The position numbers and the translations under genes are program-made. The notes below the pieces were generated by a model that was not told the DNA's origin, did no database searches, and saw only the letters and a list, made by a program, of their open reading frames with translations. A DNA stretch of 10,973 bases, taken from positions 1 through 10,973 of the forward strand of contig CAYZSS010000026.1 of the NCBI GenBank assembly GCA_964480435.1, read 5' to 3'. Positions 1 to 6,876 of the stretch are shown here, in pieces; the first letter of the stretch is position 1; each line of letters opens with the position of its first letter. The stretch is from an uncultured archaeon (GTDB taxonomy: Archaea; Iainarchaeota; Iainarchaeia; Iainarchaeales; 0-14-0-20-30-16).

Positions 1-376
1 TTGTTACCTCTTCTTCAGAAATTACTTGGAAATTATAGCTTATTACTTCTTTTGCAAGCGCCTCTGAATCAAAAGCATAACCATATTTCCAAACATACAT
101 AAAATCTTCATTACTTGATGGATTTATCTTTATAGCAATACTATTTGATGAAGTTACATCTTCAACATCCATTTTTGTCCAGGTTTCTGGAATCTTAAAT
201 GAAGCGTCTGCAAAGGAATAATCCACAAATCCATAATACTGGCTCCCCTCTTGCTGCTCCATAGGGACATCACTTATCAGATTAGGATAAATATATTTAT
301 ATCCTAAAAAACCAACAACAGCCAAAATAATCAATACAACAATTATTGTTATAATTACTGAACCTTTTCTATTCAA
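1..376 (-). CDS. Hypothetical N-terminally membrane-anchored or secreted protein; only the 5' part is present (runs off window start). Possible class III (type IV pilin-like) signal peptide.
   Basis: Absent from the supplied track because there is no stop in the window. My reverse-complement translation from TTG (376-374) stays open to position 1: LNRKGSVIITIIVVLIILAVVGFLGYKYIYPNLISDVPMEQQEGSQYYGFVDYSFADASFKIPETWTKMDVEDVTSSNSIAIKINPSSNEDFMYVWKYGYAFDSEALAKEV... An in-frame TGA (379-377) lies directly upstream of the TTG. GAGGTG (plus-strand cacctc, 383-388) sits 6 nt upstream. A short basic n-region (NRK) is followed by a ~21-aa hydrophobic stretch. Confidence 0.55.
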   Translation of the reverse strand, partial: MNRKGSVIITIIVVLIILAVVGFLGYKYIYPNLISDVPMEQQEGSQYYGFVDYSFADASFKIPETWTKMDVEDVTSSNSIAIKINPSSNEDFMYVWKYGYAFDSEALAKEVISYNFQVISEEEVT

Positions 377-423
377 TCAAAACACCTCACAAAAAATATA
401 ATTTATTACATAAATTAATTTAG

Positions 424-455
424 TGGCTAGGAGTTTCCGAGTTGGAAACTAGCCA
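424..455 (-). terminator. Imperfect 12-bp stem-loop immediately 3' of the aglH stop codon; putative terminator, RNA-stability element or operator.
   Basis: tggcta(424-429) pairs with tagcca(450-455), and gtttcc(433-438) pairs with ggaaac(444-449). The loop is gagtt and there is a 3-nt bulge (430-432). The element is GC-richer than its flanks. It abuts the TGA stop at 456-458. On the minus strand a U6 run follows about 30 nt downstream, just before the GAGGTG of the next gene. Confidence 0.35.
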
Positions 456-1526
456 TCACAAAAAATATATTAAAAACACTACTAGAGATATAGCAAAGTG
501 TAGTATAAAAAAGTTTCGTACTAATTTCTTCTCTGTTAGCTTACCTTTATACAAATGTTCCATTATATAATACACCGCTTGCCAGCCCATATGTTTCTTC
601 CCATTTTTCTCATAATAGGTCGGAATAAGATGCCCAGTTTTATCGCAAGTAGAAATATGTGCCCCTTTTCCACGAATAAAAAAATAGAACAAAGCATATA
701 GTCCAAAATTAATTAAATATATCAAAGTCAATAAAATCCCAATAAATTCTATATTTCCAAGAATCATAGCTACAGCAAAAGAAGCACCAATAGATAGTGT
801 ACCAACATCTCCAAATATCACTTGCGCAGGATAAGCATTAAAATAATAAAAAGCTATCAAAGCCCCCAACAAAGGAATTAAAATAATTAGCACTAAACTA
901 TTATTTAGAATAATTGCTGAGAAAATAAAAAACAGCAAAGTAATTATTGCCAGCCCTGCTTCTAAACCATTATATCCCGCCAGCATATTTGTTGAATTAG
1001 AATATACCAACATTAAAATTGGGATTATTAAAAAAGGGTAAAAATAACCTATATTTACTCCTCCCAGGAATGGAACAGTAATAATAGAATCTCCAGCAAG
1101 AGTAGCAATTAGAGGGATACTTCCCATTAGCAACAAAATAATTTTTTGCAGTTCAGTTAATCTAAAAAGATCATCAAAAGCGCCAACAAAACCAACTAAC
1201 AAAACAGAAAAAGCACCAGACATGATTGCAAATAAATCATATCCTTTTACAAATGGAAATATACAAAAAAGACCAATAAAATACCCAATTAAAAGAACAA
1301 AGCCACCCATATTAGCATATTTTGGTTTATTGGGTTTGTGACAATCAATATTAGTAATATTTTTTTCGTGGGCCCAGTTAATATAATAAGGCATTATAAC
1401 AAAAACTAAAATAAATGCAACAAAAAATTCCAGCATATATTTTTTTTGTGGGAAAAATAAAGCCAGACCCAAAATTACAGCAAGTAAAAAATATATTATT
1501 TTACTAATATTTTTGTTAACATTCAC
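456..1526 (-). CDS. aglH: UDP-GlcNAc:dolichyl-phosphate GlcNAc-1-phosphate transferase (glycosyltransferase family 4; AglH / Alg7-DPAGT1-like).
   Basis: 356-aa polytopic membrane protein. It carries HKPNKPKYANMGG, the GAFDDLF (DD) motif, NSTNMLAGYNGLEAG (the N..AG.NGLE.G form typical of archaeal AglH and eukaryotic GPT, not the bacterial MraY/WecA DG.DGL form) and IFGDVGTLSIG. The GTG start (1526-1524) overlaps the aglB TGA stop as GTGA. GGTGAG (plus ctcacc, 1532-1537) lies 7 nt upstream. Confidence 0.85.
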   Translation of the reverse strand: MNVNKNISKIIYFLLAVILGLALFFPQKKYMLEFFVAFILVFVIMPYYINWAHEKNITNIDCHKPNKPKYANMGGFVLLIGYFIGLFCIFPFVKGYDLFAIMSGAFSVLLVGFVGAFDDLFRLTELQKIILLLMGSIPLIATLAGDSIITVPFLGGVNIGYFYPFLIIPILMLVYSNSTNMLAGYNGLEAGLAIITLLFFIFSAIILNNSLVLIILIPLLGALIAFYYFNAYPAQVIFGDVGTLSIGASFAVAMILGNIEFIGILLTLIYLINFGLYALFYFFIRGKGAHISTCDKTGHLIPTYYEKNGKKHMGWQAVYYIMEHLYKGKLTEKKLVRNFFILHFAISLVVFLIYFL

Positions 1527-3556
1527 CAGCTCTCACCGTAATAAGCTTTAACTTTATTATTCCACTCTTCAATTTGAGTCTGGTTTAGGCCTACCATTTG
1601 TGGTTCTATATTTGCAAGCGAACTTTTGTTAACTTTATAAACTCTTACTTGATTCTGTGCATAAACCAAAGTTAAATATTTTCCTAACTCCTTAGAACCA
1701 AACCAAAGCTTTGCCGCCATACTATTATTTGCTGCATAGCTTAAACCAAATAGCACATTCTTTGTTGGATATGTATAATAGTACATTGGCGTTTTTCCAT
1801 TAATAATTGTAGAGGGATTGCTATTCCATTCAGTATAAAATGAATCCATCTGAGCAGGAAGGATTTTGTTACCCCCACAAGTATAATAACTATCATTTTG
1901 TAATTGAAGTTCATTCTTAGTACAAGACAGAACATAAGATTGATATTTTGCAACCCGTGGGTCACTTGAATTTGAAGTATTATTCACATACATTGAATAA
2001 ACCCCCAAACCACTTATACTTTGGAGATCCATAAGAACATAGTCTGCATCATAGGCCTTTAGTATACCCATCGCATGTTCCGCATTATCATCTATAAAGA
2101 ACATAGGGACATCTTTTAGTGCCTGCCCATCGCCATTTGTATTATCTGTTGCCACTCTCCTATTTGCAAGGAAAGTAATCCAGTGCCCCTCACTCCACCA
2201 ATTAAACATTTTTGCGTTTTCAGCAGTATTATTTCCAAGCCAGGAGATGGTTTCTTTCCAGCCACTACCTTGATCTAATTGTGGCACTTGGTTATGTACA
2301 AATATTGTTGCACCTGCAACACCTGTAATAGTCAAAAACAATAATAACCCAAATAAGCCTACTTTCAGTGCAAGTCCTTTTTTAGGGCCAAAAAACAACT
2401 GATAAAGTTCATACATTGTTAGCGCAGTTAGTGCCGCCACAGGCAACCCAAACCAAAATGTAGCCTTAAGCTTGTTCCATGCCAAATACAAACAAGCCAC
2501 AGACCATACCAAAATAAGCAAAGTAAACCAATCTTTTCTATCAAAAATTATTCTGTATAACCCGAGAATTAATCCAGAAATAATAAAAATCAAAAAGATA
2601 TTATATTTAGACCCAAATGCAGGATAACCTTCGGTTTCTTCTCCAACAAGCATAGACCCTACTGACCCTGTTGTTTGGGTATCTACTACACTTCCTCCAC
2701 TTATCCCCAATATTCCCGAAACATAGTTTACATCAGTATTAATCCAAGAAGTAGACCAAATTGATGCAAATAAGACCATAAAAATAAAACAAGCCCCGAA
2801 AATCACAGTAAACCCTTTCAAAAATTTCAGGTCCCGGTATATAACCAATTTCATAAACAAAATTGAAAAAAAGTACCCCAATAAAATTATTGGCACAATT
2901 GCAAATATTTCCCAAACCCAAGCCATTATTCCTAAAAACAGGCCACCAAGCAAACCATAAATTATTGGTTTCCATTTGATCTGTTTAGTTTCAACAAACT
3001 TAGAAATACCTAACACTAAAAATCCAAATCCTAAAACCATCCATAAAAAACCCATGCTATCTTCTTCATAGTGCCCACTCATAGTCCTATAAACAAAAGC
3101 AGGGACTATTGCAGCAAACAGACCAGCTAAATACCCGGCGTGTCTGCTTTTGTATGCTACCCTAAACAAAAAATACATTGCCAACGATGTTAATGCACCA
3201 TAACAAGCAGGAAGCAACCTTACAAACCACATCCAAATATCTTTATTATATGCTGCGCCAAAAGTAAAAATATTCCATAAAACAACAGAAATATACCATA
3301 AAAGCGAAACCCCATTTTGTGAATATGGCAGTTTATCTGCTTTGTGATAAATCCCAAGTAAATCAGTATGTGAAGAAAAAGGTTCTTGTATATATGAGGC
3401 AGTGGCTCTTGCGTGCCAATAAGCATCAGGTTCAATAAGACCATCATAGCGGGCAACATGCATCCTAAAGCCCATTGCAATTAAAAAAATAAATACCAAA
3501 ATAAGAATATGCCATTTATTTTCTTTAACTTTTTCCCAAAAACTTTTAAATCCCAT
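1523..3556 (-). CDS. aglB: Archaeal oligosaccharyltransferase AglB (STT3/PglB family).
   Basis: 677 aa with about 13 predicted TM helices followed by a ~220-aa soluble C-terminal domain. The EL1 acidic motif is LIEPDAYWHAR (compare STT3 EFDPWFNYR). A second acidic motif is GHYEEDSMGF (compare G.YDNE). The WWDYG-position motif reads NWWSEGHW (residues 453-457). It is followed by RRVATDNTNGDGQ (compare DNNTWNN) and DADYVLMD (compare YVLV). AAGGTG lies 7 nt upstream of the ATG. Confidence 0.85.
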   Translation of the reverse strand: MGFKSFWEKVKENKWHILILVFIFLIAMGFRMHVARYDGLIEPDAYWHARATASYIQEPFSSHTDLLGIYHKADKLPYSQNGVSLLWYISVVLWNIFTFGAAYNKDIWMWFVRLLPACYGALTSLAMYFLFRVAYKSRHAGYLAGLFAAIVPAFVYRTMSGHYEEDSMGFLWMVLGFGFLVLGISKFVETKQIKWKPIIYGLLGGLFLGIMAWVWEIFAIVPIILLGYFFSILFMKLVIYRDLKFLKGFTVIFGACFIFMVLFASIWSTSWINTDVNYVSGILGISGGSVVDTQTTGSVGSMLVGEETEGYPAFGSKYNIFLIFIISGLILGLYRIIFDRKDWFTLLILVWSVACLYLAWNKLKATFWFGLPVAALTALTMYELYQLFFGPKKGLALKVGLFGLLLFLTITGVAGATIFVHNQVPQLDQGSGWKETISWLGNNTAENAKMFNWWSEGHWITFLANRRVATDNTNGDGQALKDVPMFFIDDNAEHAMGILKAYDADYVLMDLQSISGLGVYSMYVNNTSNSSDPRVAKYQSYVLSCTKNELQLQNDSYYTCGGNKILPAQMDSFYTEWNSNPSTIINGKTPMYYYTYPTKNVLFGLSYAANNSMAAKLWFGSKELGKYLTLVYAQNQVRVYKVNKSSLANIEPQMVGLNQTQIEEWNNKVKAYYGESW

Positions 3557-3620
3557 AAATTAACACCTTTATATTTTGGGGCCTGAAACAATTTTTTCCA
3601 AAAATTGCTTTCTTGCCCAT
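3546..3620 (-). CDS. Candidate 24-codon upstream ORF (MGKKAIFGKNCFRPQNIKVLIYGI) between alaS and aglB.
   Basis: An ATG at 3620-3618 is preceded by the same AAGGTG plus 7-nt spacer as aglB. That SD overlaps the alaS TAA stop (TAAGGTG). The uORF TAA stop at 3548-3546 lies 8 nt past the aglB ATG, in another frame. The uORF arises from a duplicated cassette and may be vestigial. Confidence 0.3.
   Translation of the reverse strand: MGKKAIFGKNCFRPQNIKVLIYGI
3552..3569 (-). repeat. Direct repeat copy 1 (cccataaattaacacctt): the SD-spacer-ATGGG of aglB.
   Basis: Exact 18/18 identity with 3616-3633. The reverse complement is AAGGTGTTAATTTATGGG. Confidence 0.9.
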
Positions 3621-3633
3621 AAATTAACACCTT
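3616..3633 (-). repeat. Direct repeat copy 2 (cccataaattaacacctt): the SD-spacer-ATGGG of the uORF, overlapping the alaS stop.
   Basis: Exact 18/18 identity with 3552-3569, offset by 64 nt. Degenerate similarity continues downstream on the minus strand: aatttttggaaaaaattg versus agtttttgggaaaaagtta. Confidence 0.9.
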
Positions 3634-6331
3634 ATTTTTTATTTGATTTTAGTTCTTTTTCTAAATCAGATAAACTTATTTCAATATTACTTACTTGTGC
3701 AAAATCTAAAGAGCCCCCGCCTTTTCCACCATATTTTTCTGAAATTTGTTTTGCTAAAAAGCCAGCCCCTTTAGTATAAGTTGTTGGATTAATAATAATA
3801 CTTAATTGGTTTAATTCTTTTGAGTATATAAATAATTTATCAAACTTATTGAAATACTTTTTCTTTGCAATTATGCCAAGCTTAAGGAAAACATCTACAT
3901 TATGAATGTTAACAGTTTTTATTATTTCTTTTCCTTTTTGGATTTCTAAATCAGAAATAATTTTTTCTAATTCCATTTCATCTACTTCAGCTAATGCTTT
4001 TTGCATTCTTTTTATTTCTGCTGCTTGTTTATCCAAAGATGCCAATAAATCAACTTTTGGAACCCTCAGTATTTCTGCAACTTTATCTAAGGTGTTACTC
4101 ATTTCAAGAGCATAATTTACTGCAGCATTTCCAGCCTTAAAATAAATTCTTTCCACCCCATCTCTTACTGATTCTCTTTTTACAATTTTAAAATAACCTA
4201 TTTGTCCAGTTTTATCTAAATGAGTTCCACCACAGGCTTCAATATCTATTCCTGCAACATCAACAATTCTAATTTCTTTTCCTGGAACTACTCCACCCTG
4301 GTATATTCTAAAACCATATTTCTGTTCAGCTACTTGTCTAGGAAATATTCCTTTTTTTACTTGTAAATCCATTTGGATATAATCATTAACTTTTTTTTCT
4401 ATTTCTTCTAGTTCATATTTAGTTACTGCTTTAAAATGTGTAATATCTAAATGGGCAATATCAACTTTTTTGCTTGCTCCCGCTTGCCAAATATGTTTTC
4501 CTAAAACTTGTTGGCAAACACCGTTAAGCAAGTGTGTGGAAGTATGATGCTGAGATAATGCTAATCTTCTTGAAAAATCAATTTTACAATTTACTGTAGC
4601 ATTCTTCTTTATTTTTGAGGAGTCTACAACCTTATGTAAAATTACATCCCCAACATTTTTTACTTCTGTTACTCTTACATCATTAATTTTTCCAAGATCG
4701 CAATCCTGCCCCCCACCCTCCGGGAAAAAAGCGGTTTTATTTAGCACAACATAATCATCAATTACTGCTAAAACCTTTGCATCAAAAGAATCCATATAAA
4801 AATATTCATAATACATTTTTTCTGTTTTTTCCAAATCTTTTATTTTATTTAGTAATGGGTCTTGCTCTTTTATAGCAGTAGGCATTTGTTTTTCAAGATT
4901 TATTTCTTGAACCTCTAATTTCACATTTTCTTTAGCTGCAATTTCTTTAACTTGTTCTAAAACAATCCCATAAGATTCATACAAAAAAGATAGATCTTGT
5001 TCTGTTAATGTATTTGATTCTTTCTTTTTCTTTACAATATAACTTGACAAGAAAGATTTGTTTTGATCTTTTGATTTTTTATATTTTTCATATTCACTAT
5101 CTAAAACATTATAGATAACATTACTTTCTGCTAATTCAGGATAAAGTTCTTTCAAATAGTTTATGTGCTTTTCAATTATTGTACTTAGATCTACTGAAAA
5201 ATTATTTTTTTCATACAAAGAAAATGCTCTTCTCAAAATATATCTTAAATTATATCCACCACCGGTATTAGAAGGCAGCATACCATCAACAGATGTAAAA
5301 ATAACTGTTTTCAAATGGTCCATTATAGCATAACTTGATTGCAACGGAAATAATTGTTTTTTCATTTCATCATATGGTAATCCAATTTTTTTTGCAATAC
5401 TGTTTTCATCATTGTTTATCTTCTCTGAAAAATCCAATTTTCCTGCGCCAATAACATACTCTTCTAAAAAATCAGGGTCTTTAATTGACTCTTTTTCTAA
5501 AAAATATTTTGCCACTGGGCCAAAGGTAATATCATAAGACATTGGTTTTGTATCGGTTATCCAGGCAAACCTTTCTTGACCTGCACCCATATCAATTACT
5601 TTGGTGTCAAGTTCTTTTAGTCCATTATCATTAATGGAATATTGCATAAACACACAATTACCTAGTTCAATACCATCAACAAAATATTCTAAAGATGGGC
5701 CACAGTTTCCACCACCCATCCAAACATCCTCTCTAAAAACTATTTTCTCTTTTGGCAAGCCTAATCCTTTTGTTAAAAACAAAAAATCATTTTCGATTGC
5801 TTGATCCTTCCAATAGAACAAGCCTGTTTTTTTAGAATTAAATGCGTGTTGTCCAATCATCACAAAATTAGTATAGTGCCTTCCAGTAACACCCACATTA
5901 GGAATATCGTTAAATCTTAAACAGGGCTGATTTATTACCAAAGGATTAGCTACAGGTTCTACTTCTCCAGAAACAACATAAGGCTGAAATCCAGTTATAG
6001 ATGCCAAATTAAAATAAATATCACTTCTCCACCTCGCAATTGTTGGAAATCTTTTCACAGAAGTATGATTCTTTTTTACAAAAAACCTTTCAAATGATTT
6101 CCATGCTTCAATATAATCCAATTTTTGCGATGTTAGTTTCTTCCCAATAAACTTGTATCCAACACATTCAGAGTCTTCACAAACGCCTCTTGCCTGATCT
6201 AGAGTCCAGAAATAGTTTTTACAGACCTTACACTGTTTTCTCACAAAACCAGTATTTTCTAAGAATTCTAGCTTATAGTTCTCTTTCCATTTTTTTGCAA
6301 AGTCTTGTTTTAATTGCTTCTTTTCAATCAT
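3632..6331 (-). CDS. alaS: Alanine--tRNA ligase, archaeal type.
   Basis: N-terminal Cys cluster CKVCKNYFWT...CEDSECVGYKF, typical of archaeal AlaRS. The editing domain has HxxxH (SQHHTSTH) and CxxxH (EACGGTH). A DHHA1-like C-terminus reads GGKGGGSLDFAQ. The track starts at GTG 6340. I prefer ATG 6331, with AAGGTG (6343-6338) 6 nt upstream, giving 899 aa. Confidence 0.95.
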   Translation of the reverse strand: MIEKKQLKQDFAKKWKENYKLEFLENTGFVRKQCKVCKNYFWTLDQARGVCEDSECVGYKFIGKKLTSQKLDYIEAWKSFERFFVKKNHTSVKRFPTIARWRSDIYFNLASITGFQPYVVSGEVEPVANPLVINQPCLRFNDIPNVGVTGRHYTNFVMIGQHAFNSKKTGLFYWKDQAIENDFLFLTKGLGLPKEKIVFREDVWMGGGNCGPSLEYFVDGIELGNCVFMQYSINDNGLKELDTKVIDMGAGQERFAWITDTKPMSYDITFGPVAKYFLEKESIKDPDFLEEYVIGAGKLDFSEKINNDENSIAKKIGLPYDEMKKQLFPLQSSYAIMDHLKTVIFTSVDGMLPSNTGGGYNLRYILRRAFSLYEKNNFSVDLSTIIEKHINYLKELYPELAESNVIYNVLDSEYEKYKKSKDQNKSFLSSYIVKKKKESNTLTEQDLSFLYESYGIVLEQVKEIAAKENVKLEVQEINLEKQMPTAIKEQDPLLNKIKDLEKTEKMYYEYFYMDSFDAKVLAVIDDYVVLNKTAFFPEGGGQDCDLGKINDVRVTEVKNVGDVILHKVVDSSKIKKNATVNCKIDFSRRLALSQHHTSTHLLNGVCQQVLGKHIWQAGASKKVDIAHLDITHFKAVTKYELEEIEKKVNDYIQMDLQVKKGIFPRQVAEQKYGFRIYQGGVVPGKEIRIVDVAGIDIEACGGTHLDKTGQIGYFKIVKRESVRDGVERIYFKAGNAAVNYALEMSNTLDKVAEILRVPKVDLLASLDKQAAEIKRMQKALAEVDEMELEKIISDLEIQKGKEIIKTVNIHNVDVFLKLGIIAKKKYFNKFDKLFIYSKELNQLSIIINPTTYTKGAGFLAKQISEKYGGKGGGSLDFAQVSNIEISLSDLEKELKSNKK

Positions 6332-6343
6332 TATTAGCACCTT

Positions 6344-6408
6344 ATTACAAATACTTATAAAAAAAGGAATATAAATATATAGATAAACTTATTTAATTAA
6401 CTTACTTA
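6344..6408. promoter_or_regulatory. Divergent AT-rich promoter region between alaS and the 142-aa ORF/serS unit.
   Basis: TATA-like tracts occur in both orientations. On the plus strand, aatataaatatata lies at about 6369-6382. On the minus strand, tttttttataagtat is the reverse complement of 6351-6365. No transcription start can be determined from sequence alone. Confidence 0.3.
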
Positions 6409-6429
6409 ATGTTTATAGGAGATATATTT

Positions 6430-6858
6430 ATGCATGAAGCAAGAGTATTACCTTTAAAGAAGCCAAGACCAACAACTGTGTCTGGTTATATTGCAGAACA
6501 TCCACAAAAGCATCTTTTGTACAGAACCCTTGCAGAAAAAGCAATAAAAGCAGAGTTTGATAAATATAAAAGTACCGGTACAGAGGAAGCAGCAAGCAGA
6601 TTAGAAAAAATTAAGAAAATTGCATCAAAAATGCCAGAAGAAGATAGAGTACATTTTGAACAATTATTAGAATTAATACAAAATCCAAAATTTTTAAAGC
6701 ATTTAATAGCATTAAGAAGCGGATCAGGACCAATAAGAACACATTTACAAATGGCGATAGCACTTTATGTTGATTACGAAAGAAATTTACATAAAAGCGA
6801 TAGAGCTAAGAGAAAATTAACCCCATTATTTGAATGGATAAGGGATCAAGATATTTGA
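6430..6858 (+). CDS. Hypothetical protein, 142 aa, predicted all-helical, Lys/Glu-rich, no Cys; family not recognised.
   Basis: The track ORF is 6409-6858. An internal ATG at 6430 has AGGAG (6417-6421) 8 nt upstream, so I prefer MHEARVLPLKKPRPTT... The stop lies 18 nt before the serS ATG, so co-transcription is likely. Confidence 0.6.
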   Translation: MHEARVLPLKKPRPTTVSGYIAEHPQKHLLYRTLAEKAIKAEFDKYKSTGTEEAASRLEKIKKIASKMPEEDRVHFEQLLELIQNPKFLKHLIALRSGSGPIRTHLQMAIALYVDYERNLHKSDRAKRKLTPLFEWIRDQDI

Positions 6859-6876
6859 TTATTACGAGGCGAGATT

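Noticed and set aside
1741-3480. Three short minus-strand ORFs (1741-1965, 2739-2975, 3220-3480) nested inside aglB in other frames.
   Set aside because: They lie entirely within a well-supported 677-aa AglB reading frame. They have low-complexity or odd composition, no SD, and no recognisable motifs, so they are frame-shadow ORFs.
3576-5804. Plus-strand ORFs 3576-3779, 3906-4115 and 5601-5804, antisense to alaS and the alaS-aglB spacer.
   Set aside because: They are antisense shadows of a confidently identified AlaRS. Their Ser/Phe/Ile-rich composition is what the complement of Lys/Glu/Asn-rich coding sequence produces. The first starts at a TTG with no SD.
6331-6340. N-terminal extensions offered by the ORF track: GTG at 6340 for alaS, ATG at 6409 for the small ORF, and GTG at 9368 for the SBP.
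   Set aside because: For alaS, the GTG is itself part of the AAGGTG SD that serves the ATG at 6331. The small-ORF extension is rejected because the ATG at 6430 has a well-spaced AGGAG, which overlaps the extra N-terminal codons. For the SBP, the extension would weaken the signal peptide n-region, though that start remains uncertain.
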